Part shown: positions 9,530 through 17,049 of the stretch, piece by piece
How the letters are laid out: every line of letters starts with the position of its first letter
How positions within the stretch are numbered: the stretch's first letter is position 1
NCBI GenBank assembly: GCA_004284765.1
Contig: NQJD01000017.1
Location: forward strand, 17,472-49,471
Source: Candidatus Electronema aureum
GTDB lineage: Bacteria; Desulfobacterota; Desulfobulbia; Desulfobulbales; Desulfobulbaceae
Reading direction: 5' to 3'
Length of the DNA: 32,000 nt
The notes under the pieces: model-generated
The model's database searches: none
Seen by the model: the letters and a program-made list of their open reading frames with translations, nothing else
What the model was told of the DNA's origin: nothing
Translations under genes and position numbers: made by a program

Positions 9530-10846
9530 TTATTCCCCGCAGGCCTTGTCGCCGCTGATGTCTTGGCCAAAGACCGCCGCGCCCTGCTTCATGGCGCAGA
9601 AATCACCGCACATGGTGCAGGTTTCGCTGCATTCCGGCATTCTGCTCCGGCGCAGATTCTGAGCGATTTTTGGGAAAAGGAGATGTTTGTCCAAATCCGT
9701 CCAGCGCATGTCCCGCCGCGCCTTGGCCGCCGCCTTCTCGTTGTCGCGGCGGTCAGGATATTTGGCGATGTCGCCAGCCCGCACCGCCAGCCGGGCGGCG
9801 CGGATGCCTTGGCGGACATCCTCCTCATCAGGCAGGGCAAGATGCTCCGCTGGTGTGATGTAGCAGATCAAATCCGCGCCGTGGCGGGCGGACTGCGCTG
9901 CGCCGATGGCCGCGCTGATGTGGTCATAGCCTGCGCCGGTATCCAAGGGCAGTGGGCCGAGCACATAATACGGCGCGTTGCCGCTCATTCGTTTTTCCAG
10001 CAGGATGTTGGCCGCGATCTCATCCAGCGGCACGTGACCGGGGCCTTCAACCATCATCTGGCAGCCCATGTTGCGCCCCAGCTCGGCCAGCTCGCAGTTG
10101 ATCACCATTTCCGCCACCTGCGCCCGGTCGTGGCTGTCATGAATCGCCCCGGCGCGGATGCCGTTGCCGAGCGAAAGCACGGCATCGTATTTCTTCATCA
10201 GGCAGCAGACCCGGTCGAACTGCTCGTAGAGCGGGTTTTCCTTGCCCGTGCTGTCCATCCACGCGGCCATGAAGGTGCCGCCTTTGGACACCAGCCCGCC
10301 GTAGCGGTAGCCCTGTTTGCGCAGGCGTTCGATTGTCCAGCGGTTGATGCCGCAGTGAATGGCCATGAAGCTGATGCCGTCGGCAAGCTGCCGCTCGATG
10401 ATCTCGAACAGTCGCTCCGGGTCGAGCTTGCCCGGATTGCGGTGCTCCAGCGCGGCTTCCCGGAAGGCTTGATACAGCGGCACGGTGCCCACCGGCAGCC
10501 GCGTCGCCGCCAGCACGTTGCGGCGGATCGCGTCCAAATCACCGGCGGCGGACAGCTCCATCAGAGTGTCCGCGCCTTCCTCTTCGGCAATCCCCGCCTT
10601 GCGCACTTCAAGGGCGAGGTCACAGATGTCGGACGAGGTGCCGATGGAGGCATTGACTTTTGTCCGCAGGCCCGTGCCGATGCCAACCGCCTCCTGCTGA
10701 GGCCTCTGCGGATGGCTGAGAATGACGATTTCGCCCGCAGCCACGCGGGTTCTGACCAGCTCCGGCGCAAGCCCCTCGTTCTGGGCCACAGCGCTGATCT
10801 GCGCAGTGATGATGCCCTCGCGGGCCGCTTCCAATTGGGTTTTCAT
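9530..10846 (-). CDS. thiC: ThiC-family radical SAM enzyme. It would be annotated as phosphomethylpyrimidine synthase ThiC, but the riboswitch context suggests a BzaF-type 5-hydroxybenzimidazole synthase paralog.
   Basis: Motifs PVGTVPLYQA, MVEGPGHVPL, GAGYDHISAAIGAA, YITPAEHLALP and C-terminal CTMCGDFCAMK are present. It deviates from near-universal ThiC motifs: SLGNGIRAG instead of SLGDGLRPG, and LDTGAGYDH instead of TDIAPGYDH. The start is set to ATG 10846, which has a GAGG SD 6 nt upstream; ATG 10858 is the alternative. Confidence 0.85.
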   Translation of the reverse strand: MKTQLEAAREGIITAQISAVAQNEGLAPELVRTRVAAGEIVILSHPQRPQQEAVGIGTGLRTKVNASIGTSSDICDLALEVRKAGIAEEEGADTLMELSAAGDLDAIRRNVLAATRLPVGTVPLYQAFREAALEHRNPGKLDPERLFEIIERQLADGISFMAIHCGINRWTIERLRKQGYRYGGLVSKGGTFMAAWMDSTGKENPLYEQFDRVCCLMKKYDAVLSLGNGIRAGAIHDSHDRAQVAEMVINCELAELGRNMGCQMMVEGPGHVPLDEIAANILLEKRMSGNAPYYVLGPLPLDTGAGYDHISAAIGAAQSARHGADLICYITPAEHLALPDEEDVRQGIRAARLAVRAGDIAKYPDRRDNEKAAAKARRDMRWTDLDKHLLFPKIAQNLRRSRMPECSETCTMCGDFCAMKQGAAVFGQDISGDKACGE

Positions 10847-11096
10847 GCTCAGCCTCATTGTTTGCGCCCTGCCGGGAACAATGAGGCCCGGCAGAGCATA
10901 CGCTCTCCGGAACCCTTTGCCATCGCGTTCCAATCCTGTTTGCAATTCTTCAGTTCGTCTTCTGGCTTCCCCGCCTGTCCAGCGGCCTTCCCATTTTTCT
11001 GGTGAAAAACAGTGGCTGCAAACTGCTGAACAGGCATCTACGGGGTCACAGCATCGGGAATGCCACGGAATCGCACCGTGTTCCGGTCACTGAAGA
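10847..11096 (-). promoter_or_regulatory. Cobalamin-type riboswitch (aptamer about 11096-10947) plus an RBS-sequestering expression platform
   Basis: Read on the minus strand, the elements are in canonical order:
- GGAA-CACGG-UGCGAUUCC-GUG (11077-11067 core)
- CCCGAUGCUGUGA (11058-11046; compare CCCGCCACUGUGA)
- GCCACUG (11016-11010), a hairpin, then GGGAAGGC (10992-10985)
- B12-box-like AGCCAGAAGAC (10967-10957)

An 8-bp closing helix pairs UCUUCAGU (11096-11089) with ACUGAAGA (10954-10947). Confidence 0.65.
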
Positions 11097-11171
11097 TGGA
11101 TAAATTACAACAAGCTGCCTTGAGGCGGCTCACAGTGCTTGTACGTCCTGCCCATTTTTGATTATTTCTGA

Positions 11172-11672
11172 TTAAATCAGGTGTCCGCCACATTCTGGGC
11201 AAAAAAGTTCACTTTTTTTAAAAGAATCTTTACGGCAAGAAAAAGAACAGTCTTGACAAAAATATGTATTTTCCTGATCACGCAATTTATTTTTTTCTGC
11301 TACAGAAAATTCCATTTCCTCCTTGCTAAAAGTATAACTGCAAAATCTGCATCTTACAGCTTCAGCCCGAATGATTTCAGCGCAGGAAGGGCATTTTTTC
11401 GTAGAAAAACTATGTTCTATATCAGGATCAGACACAATATTGATAAATAATCCCAATAACAATATTCCAGTCCCTATCCAAAATACAACAGGATTATATG
11501 GAGTCCCTCCGCCAAAACGAACCATTGTAGCAGCGAATCCGCATGATGAATATAAGCAGCTAATAAAATCGCTGCTTCCGTAAGACATCCACCACCATAT
11601 TATGGCGATTACAGTTATAAGTCCTCCTAAAAACGTCAAGAAATATGACAATCTTTTTGCGTTCTCGTTCAT
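11172..11672 (-). CDS. Small membrane protein with two C-terminal zinc-ribbon motifs (hypothetical)
   Basis: Two predicted TM helices are followed by CPSC...CRFC and CQDC...CPEC. The gene is AT-rich (17/60 G+C on the line starting 11401) compared with its neighbours. Confidence 0.55.
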   Translation of the reverse strand: MNENAKRLSYFLTFLGGLITVIAIIWWWMSYGSSDFISCLYSSCGFAATMVRFGGGTPYNPVVFWIGTGILLLGLFINIVSDPDIEHSFSTKKCPSCAEIIRAEAVRCRFCSYTFSKEEMEFSVAEKNKLRDQENTYFCQDCSFSCRKDSFKKSELFCPECGGHLI

Positions 11673-11817
11673 TTTTTCCCCCTTGTTTTCATGTCAACAA
11701 ACAGTTTTCAATTTCATTGCCGTTTGCCGTCTATTCATTGTCGCGAAGATTTCTGACCCATGCGCTGCTGTCCTTTATCTCTGCATGGTCACGCCACATT
11801 CCGATGAAAGACCCATC

Positions 11818-11857
11818 AAAAAATCTGCCTGCCGTCGAGCTTCCAGCGGCAGCGCAG
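11818..11857 (-). terminator. Rho-independent terminator after gatA
   Basis: On the minus strand, stem CTGCCG / CGGCAG (plus-strand coordinates 11829-11834 and 11847-11852, extendable with one bulge) is followed by ATTTTTTG. Confidence 0.6.
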
Positions 11858-11884
11858 CGAATCTACGGACAATATTTTCGCATC

Positions 11885-13345
11885 TTACAGCTCCGGCAGC
11901 TTCCCCTTCACACCCGCCCGCTGCTCCAGATTCCACGCCGCTCTAAAGAGCGCGGTCTCGTTGAAATGGCTGGCCTGCATCTGCATTCCAATCGGCAGCC
12001 CTTCTGCGGAGAAGCCGCAAGGCACGGACATGCCAGGAATTCCGGCCAGATTTGCGGAAATGGTGAGAATGTCTGACAGATATAAGGCGAGCGGATTGTC
12101 CGCCTTCTGGGCAAGCGGCCAAGCCGGGGTCGGCGTAACCGGCGAAACCAGCACGTCGCACTGGGCAAATGCCTTGGCGAAATCCTCGCGGATCAGCGTC
12201 CGCACCTGCGAAGCCTTTTTATAATAGGCATCGTAATATCCAGCAGAAAGCGCGTATGTGCCAATCAAAATGCGCCGCTTGACTTCGTCGCCAAAGCCCT
12301 GCGAGCGGGTCTGTCGGTACATGTCAATCAGACTGTCCGCCACCGCCCGCCTGCCATAGCGCACACCGTCGTAACGGGCGAGATTCGAGCTGGCCTCCGC
12401 CGAGGCGATCAAATAATACACAGCTACGCAGTATTCCGTGTGCGGCAGCGAAACCTCCACCAGCTCCGCGCCTGCATCTTTGAGCATGGCGATTCCGGCG
12501 CGGATGCTTTTTTCCACTTCCGCGTCCAGCCCTTCGCCGAAATATTCGCGGGGAATACCGACGCGAAGACCAGCCATGCCGTCCTGCAAGGCCGCGTTCC
12601 AGTCCGGCACGTCCTGTTTGGCAGAAGTGGAATCGTGCTGATCATGCCCGGCGATAGCCTGCATCAGCAGGGCGCAGTCGGCCACGTCTTTTGTCAGCGG
12701 CCCGACTTGATCCAGCGAAGAGGCGAAGGCCACCAGTCCGTAACGCGAAACCCGCCCGTAGGTGGGCTTCATGCCGACCACGCCGCAGAGCGAGGCTGGC
12801 TGCCGGATTGAGCCGCCGGTGTCCGAGCCGAGCGAGGCCAAGCATTCGCCCGCTGCCACTGAGGCCGCCGAACCGCCGCTGGAACCGCCTGCCACATAGC
12901 CGAGCTTCCACGGATTATGCGGAATTTTGTCCTTGTAGGCGCAGTTCTCGTTGGTCGAACCCATCGCGAACTCATCCATGCTGACCTTGCCCAGAATCAC
13001 TGCGTCTTCGGCCAGCAGCTTCTCCACCACGGTGGCGTTGTAGGGCGGGATGAAGCCCTCCAGCATCTTCGAGCCGCAGGTGGTGGGCATGGTCGCGGTG
13101 CAGAGCACATCTTTGACTGACAGCGGCAGGCCGCAGAGCATTCCGCCTTGGCCTTGCGCCAGCTTTTTATCCGCCTGCTCGGCAGCGGCCATCGCCTGCT
13201 CCGGGTGCAGGCTCAGGTAAGCCCTGACCTTGTCTTCCACGTGGTCAATCCGGGCCAGCAGCGATTCGGTGAGGGCAGTTGCGGTGATTTCCCGCGCCAC
13301 CAGCTTCTGCTGCGCCTGCCGCAGGGTGAGTGTATGCAAATCCAT
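11885..13345 (-). CDS. gatA: Asp-tRNA(Asn)/Glu-tRNA(Gln) amidotransferase subunit A
   Basis: Amidase-signature protein of 486 aa with GGSSGGSAASVAAG and GSDTGGSIRQPA, and a typical GatA N-terminus (LTLRQAQQKLVAREITATAL). Confidence 0.9.
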   Translation of the reverse strand: MDLHTLTLRQAQQKLVAREITATALTESLLARIDHVEDKVRAYLSLHPEQAMAAAEQADKKLAQGQGGMLCGLPLSVKDVLCTATMPTTCGSKMLEGFIPPYNATVVEKLLAEDAVILGKVSMDEFAMGSTNENCAYKDKIPHNPWKLGYVAGGSSGGSAASVAAGECLASLGSDTGGSIRQPASLCGVVGMKPTYGRVSRYGLVAFASSLDQVGPLTKDVADCALLMQAIAGHDQHDSTSAKQDVPDWNAALQDGMAGLRVGIPREYFGEGLDAEVEKSIRAGIAMLKDAGAELVEVSLPHTEYCVAVYYLIASAEASSNLARYDGVRYGRRAVADSLIDMYRQTRSQGFGDEVKRRILIGTYALSAGYYDAYYKKASQVRTLIREDFAKAFAQCDVLVSPVTPTPAWPLAQKADNPLALYLSDILTISANLAGIPGMSVPCGFSAEGLPIGMQMQASHFNETALFRAAWNLEQRAGVKGKLPEL

Positions 13346-13428
13346 TTGGAAACAGCTCGAAAGATGTTGGGTTAAAATGAAAAAGGATGATGCTCTATGC
13401 CCGATGGAGGTCAGCAGAGGCTGATGCC

Positions 13429-13779
13429 TCAGCCTTTCTTAGTCGGAGCAGCTTGCTTCTCTTCCGCTATTGGCATCGGCAGAACATAGCCGCGCTGGAG
13501 CTTGATCCGTACATTGTCGGCAATTTCCAAGGTGATAGCGGTGTCAGTCAAGCCAGTGATGGTGCCATGAACGCCGCCGCCAGTCATCACCTTGTCGCCT
13601 TTTTGCAGATTGCCGAGAAAGCTCTGTAGCTCCTGCGCCTTCTTCTGCTGCGGGCGGATAAGCAGGAAGTAGAAGACGACGAAAATCAGGATCAGCGGGA
13701 CAAACTGGCCAAAGGAGGCAAAGCCTCCTGCCGCTGGTGCGGCGGCAGCTGCGGATTGGGCGTAGGCAATTCCAGCCAT
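13429..13779 (-). CDS. yajC: Preprotein translocase subunit YajC
   Basis: A single TM followed by LIRPQQKKAQELQSFLGNLQKGDKVMTGGGVHGTI. A GGAGAA SD is present. Confidence 0.85.
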   Translation of the reverse strand: MAGIAYAQSAAAAAPAAGGFASFGQFVPLILIFVVFYFLLIRPQQKKAQELQSFLGNLQKGDKVMTGGGVHGTITGLTDTAITLEIADNVRIKLQRGYVLPMPIAEEKQAAPTKKG

Positions 13780-13881
13780 AAAATTCTCCGAAAGATTATT
13801 GTGGGTTAAGAGGAGAAGTGATATTCACCGCTCCCTGATAAATGGACTTTTTCTGTCTTTGTTGATATTGGGCTTCGTGCT

Positions 13882-14265
13882 TTACTTCGCCTCGTCAATC
13901 ATCTGGATAATCTTCGCCTCAACCTCGCTGGCGATCTGCGTCAAGGCTGCCTCCTGCGAGAGCATGGAAAGCATCTGCGCTGGCCTGATGGTGCCAATCT
14001 TCGTCGTGCCGTTCTCGGTGAAGACAGAAATGCGGCAGGGCAGGGCCATATTCAAGCGCATGTCCGTTGCCAGAACCTTTCCGGCTTGGACAGGATTGCA
14101 CACTTCAAACACCTTACAGTGCTGGTCAAAGGCAATGCCCTTGCTGCGGAGGGTGCTACCCAAATCGTGGATATGCAGCACCCCGAAGCCGTGATGTTTG
14201 ACTGCGGCTTCAAGGTCTGCGGATGCTTGATCGAAGGATTTGGCTGTTTCGGCTATGTAGTACAT
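13882..14265 (-). CDS. DUF302 domain-containing protein
   Basis: The DUF302-like pattern is present (HGFGVLHIHDLGSTLRSKG...VFEVCNP...LPCRISVF). The start is moved to ATG 14265 (MYYIAE), which has a GAGG SD. Confidence 0.65.
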   Translation of the reverse strand: MYYIAETAKSFDQASADLEAAVKHHGFGVLHIHDLGSTLRSKGIAFDQHCKVFEVCNPVQAGKVLATDMRLNMALPCRISVFTENGTTKIGTIRPAQMLSMLSQEAALTQIASEVEAKIIQMIDEAK

Positions 14266-14528
14266 GAGGTGCCTCGATATTGCTCTGAGCAAGCAGCAGC
14301 TTGCAATTGCCATCGCGCTTCAATGGTGTCTGCGGACAAATCAGCACCGCAGTCCCATTCGATGAAATACTTTCCATTGGATACCTGCATAAAAGCTGCC
14401 TGATTCTGTAACTCGGCAAATGCTTCATCGTTCAGGTACGGCGTAACGTCGAAGAGACCAATCCGGCCATCCTCCGCAATGACCAGCAACGTGTGATCAG
14501 TATTGGGATGGACTTCCTGTATTCTCAT
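14253..14528 (-). CDS. DUF2442 domain-containing protein (antitoxin-like partner of DUF4160 pairs)
   Basis: The pattern HTLLVIAEDGRIGLFDVTPYLNDEAFAELQNQAAFMQV...IEWDCGADLSADTI matches DUF2442. The start ATG overlaps the stop of the upstream DUF4160 remnant (ATGA). Confidence 0.6.
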   Translation of the reverse strand: MRIQEVHPNTDHTLLVIAEDGRIGLFDVTPYLNDEAFAELQNQAAFMQVSNGKYFIEWDCGADLSADTIEARWQLQAAACSEQYRGTSCTT

Positions 14529-14674
14529 TGATCAAGACCTTTGATAGGGAAGGGTTTCTTGCCGTTTACTGCTAATTCCCAATCTGCCAGCAAATCTTCT
14601 TGATGGATTTCAATCCAGGCAACAACCAAATTGTGCTTACTTGACGTTAGCAGTGCATTACCAGCACCAAAATA
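14525..14674 (-). pseudogene. 5'-truncated DUF4160 remnant (C-terminal about 49 codons only)
   Basis: The open frame YFGAGNALLTSSKHNLVVAWIEIHQEDLLADWELAVNGKKPFPIKGLDQ* matches the C-terminal half of DUF4160. The N-terminal half with the PPHFH motif is absent. The frame is closed by a TGA at 14677-14675 and has no ATG or GTG start. Confidence 0.55.
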
Positions 14675-14678
14675 TCAA

Positions 14679-15548
14679 CTACTTGCATTTGTAAAATTTA
14701 CGAGCTTGATAAATGCAATGGTCTATATGAGCATCTGAGATGGATGCTCCTTCTGAATGTTCAAGATTGACGCGATACTGAATATATACTTCCAAAGATA
14801 AAGAGTAAGGCATTTCACCTTCAGCAGCCCTGCAGCGATGTGCCTCAATAAGTTGGAGAATACGCATCGGGGAAATATTTTTATTAAGACATTGCGCCCA
14901 AGATTCAACGATTGAAAATATAGTAGATTCAGGCAATCCCATTATAACTTCTATCGGCATTGAATCAATTACAGCAGGTGATACGTTAAACGACTTTGCA
15001 AAATTTGGATCATTAGCTAATCTTTGTTTAACTAATTCACGAATAAGGCTTTCTTTTGTTGGTTTTTTCTTTAAAATACCAAATAATGAATTTGATAATC
15101 TTGTAAAAACACTATATTTGTCCGAGATTAAATCTTTTGTCACGTAAACATTTGCAGTTAAGTGCAATATTTTACGCATAACGGCCAGTGCGTTAGCTTC
15201 AAACACCTCTAATTTTGCATATTCATTTGATGAGTCAAGGTTTGCATGACCAGATTCATCAAATACGCAAAGAAAAATATCATATCCTGCATCCTCTTCA
15301 AAATTCTGACCGAGCTGATCGGCGGCAATTTTCATAAAAGCAGGACTTAATATGCTCTGTTCTGCCGTAATATACATGATTGGCGAAGAATTATCTTTCT
15401 TCTGATATATTACTAATAGATAAAGATATTGTATTGGACCAAAACTTTCAGGGTCGCGCACTAAGACAGCCTGATATTCTCCACACTCATACGCTTTTAG
15501 TGCTGTGCCGCCAGAAATTAACGGAGCGGTTTCTCCTGGGTTAAGCAT
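14679..15548 (-). CDS. Hypothetical protein (289 aa), no recognisable domain; second gene of the AT-rich cassette
   Basis: Uninterrupted ORF in AT-rich DNA, where long random ORFs are unlikely. An AAGGAGAA SD lies upstream of ATG 15548. Confidence 0.6.
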   Translation of the reverse strand: MLNPGETAPLISGGTALKAYECGEYQAVLVRDPESFGPIQYLYLLVIYQKKDNSSPIMYITAEQSILSPAFMKIAADQLGQNFEEDAGYDIFLCVFDESGHANLDSSNEYAKLEVFEANALAVMRKILHLTANVYVTKDLISDKYSVFTRLSNSLFGILKKKPTKESLIRELVKQRLANDPNFAKSFNVSPAVIDSMPIEVIMGLPESTIFSIVESWAQCLNKNISPMRILQLIEAHRCRAAEGEMPYSLSLEVYIQYRVNLEHSEGASISDAHIDHCIYQARKFYKCK

Positions 15549-15603
15549 AATTTTCTCCTTAATGATTTTACTTGTCGTTCCACTGTGTGGAAAAAGAGAA
15601 CGC

Positions 15604-16314
15604 TTATTTTGTTGTTCTGCTAAGGTATTTAGAAATTTCTATATTTTCAATAAGTTTGCCGTAAACCTTAAAACTGTTATATTCTGTATGACCAGAATTT
15701 GAATATTCAAATATTACATACCTAAATTCTCTGTCTTCTCTGAATCGTTCATGCTTAGTAAAAAAGTCTTTAACAGAAAATGACTGTATCGGACGATTTT
15801 TGGATTGTCGATTTACAACTTGAATTTTTCGTGGAACATAATTTACCAATCCAAAATAGCACTTCATTCCGAATTGAGAATTATACTGCTGAGATAAAGA
15901 AGACATCAAAGCGCGACCGAACTGAACCGGATCAGTAATTTTGAAAAAAGTATCATATCCTAATCGTTTTGCTTTTTCAATGGAGGGTTGATGATCGTTA
16001 GAAACGCAATAAATAAAAGTATTAAAAGATGGCTGATCAAGCAATAAAGGCATTCCTTTCGGCAGGTTAATTTTCCATTCGTTCGTAATTTTGATTGAGC
16101 TATACGCAAGCAACGTATCGTTATCATTTTCTGATATGAGCATGTCGCCTTGTTCATTCAGGATAGCTGGAGTCGCGCACCCTTCTTCTGTGTCGCGCAG
16201 GGCTTCGTTCTCAATTTGTCTATACCGATCAAAAGTCCCTATAAATATTCTTCCTTTCTCAATAGCATCAACAAGGTGTTCTGTTTTGCAATATTTGACG
16301 AGGTTAAGTTCCAT
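15604..16314 (-). CDS. Hypothetical protein (236 aa), loosely DUF2971-like; first gene of the AT-rich cassette
   Basis: Uninterrupted ORF in AT-rich DNA. The N-terminal LVKYCKTEHLVDAIEKGRIFIGTF and C-terminal FFTKHERFREDREFRY resemble the ends of DUF2971-family proteins. This is weak and from memory only. Confidence 0.55.
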   Translation of the reverse strand: MELNLVKYCKTEHLVDAIEKGRIFIGTFDRYRQIENEALRDTEEGCATPAILNEQGDMLISENDNDTLLAYSSIKITNEWKINLPKGMPLLLDQPSFNTFIYCVSNDHQPSIEKAKRLGYDTFFKITDPVQFGRALMSSLSQQYNSQFGMKCYFGLVNYVPRKIQVVNRQSKNRPIQSFSVKDFFTKHERFREDREFRYVIFEYSNSGHTEYNSFKVYGKLIENIEISKYLSRTTK

Positions 16315-16350
16315 TAGATAAATTTCCTATAAAAAGTAAACGCTCTGTAT

Positions 16351-16428
16351 CAGGGCGGAACTCTACATCCGCCCCCTTGCAACAACCCGCCGTTACGCCA
16401 GCTTGCTCAATATCTCCGCTGGGACTTC
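16351..16428 (-). repeat. Displaced relic of the adk 3' end plus its downstream hairpin (copy B)
   Basis: 61 of 78 positions are identical, ungapped, to 17050-17127. In the adk frame it reads EVPAEILSKLA* versus EVSAEILGKLV* in the live gene. It contains the hairpin GGGCGG-N10-CCGCCC (16354-16375). Confidence 0.7.
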
Positions 16429-16435
16429 TGGCAAG

Positions 16436-16696
16436 TTAGTGCCCTGCCAACCCACTCACCTGCCTGCCTGCAAACTGAAACTCCGCAATAACCGGCAGCT
16501 CCAGCAGCTCATTCCGCAACAGTCTTGCTGAGAAGAAAAGCACTTCTAAGTTTTCAATCTCGTTGGTATGCGGATTAAGTCTTGCCACCACATCATCCCC
16601 CATTTCCTCTGATTCCTGCTCGGCATAGGGCAGACATTTGTCAATATGGAGGATGTCAGCCTCGCGGTCGTACTTGAAAATCAATTTCTCTGCCAT
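16436..16696 (-). CDS. DUF2283 domain-containing protein (antitoxin-like)
   Basis: MAEKLIFKYDREADILHIDK...VVARLNPHTNEIENLEVLFFS matches the DUF2283 pattern (YDxEADxLYI ... G-I-E-I). An AAGGAG SD is present. The start lies 16 nt inside the upstream ORF. Confidence 0.65.
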   Translation of the reverse strand: MAEKLIFKYDREADILHIDKCLPYAEQESEEMGDDVVARLNPHTNEIENLEVLFFSARLLRNELLELPVIAEFQFAGRQVSGLAGH

Positions 16697-17004
16697 TCCG
16701 CTTCTCCTTCTGTCAGTTTCCTGGCTATGTAGGCCGTGATGATCCAATGCCGTTCGTTTGCAATCTCGCTCACCACCACGACAACCACATGCTTTCCATT
16801 CTTCAGATCAGCATACCAGCGGGAAAACAGCCTTGCACTACCGAAACGAACGCTGCGGCGGATTTGATCAGGGTCAGCCAGCGTTTCGGCGATCAAGGCG
16901 CGGTGTTCTGGCAAGAAATCAGGATGCCGTTCCGCAATATGCTGCTCCCGCTCTTCAGACATTTCCACTGTGCCGTTGAGCCAGCCGCAAGAGAATAAAG
17001 CCAT
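16681..17004 (-). CDS. Small toxin-like protein (DUF4258-like by size, position and partner); family uncertain
   Basis: A 107-aa ORF sits directly upstream of, and overlaps, the DUF2283 gene. It has the motifs EQHIAERHPDF and HVVVVVVSE...WIITAYIARK. The start is uncertain (ATG 17004 or 16962). Confidence 0.45.
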   Translation of the reverse strand: MALFSCGWLNGTVEMSEEREQHIAERHPDFLPEHRALIAETLADPDQIRRSVRFGSARLFSRWYADLKNGKHVVVVVVSEIANERHWIITAYIARKLTEGEAEWQRN

Positions 17005-17049
17005 TGTGTATTTCTGAATTGTTGACCATTCAACGAGAAAGGATGATTC

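Noticed and set aside
9563-11005. 480-aa ORF antisense to the ThiC-family gene. Similar long antisense ORFs occur at 21281-21979, 23177-24250, 18527-19177, 17852-18304 and 3871-4209.
   Set aside because: They sit opposite well-supported genes in GC-rich DNA, where stop codons are rare on the antisense strand. Their translations are Arg/Ala/Pro/Gly-rich low-complexity sequence with no recognisable motifs and no SD.
10860-11100. Expected TPP (THI-box) riboswitch upstream of the ThiC-family gene.
   Set aside because: I looked for GGGGUGC, CUGAGA, ACCUGAUCUGGAUAAUGCCAGCG and AGGGA. Only loose fragments are present (CUGAAGA, AAAGGG) and there is no P4/P5 pairing. The cobalamin-riboswitch elements fit much better.
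14640-14690. Possible third, degenerate copy of the adk-3' unit at the lower edge of the AT-rich cassette (GATATTTTG…TAACG…GGTTGTTGC in the same order as copy B).
   Set aside because: The matches are short and need a ~15-nt indel. The GGTTGTTGC block is explained by DUF4160 coding sequence (LVVAW). This is treated as coincidence.
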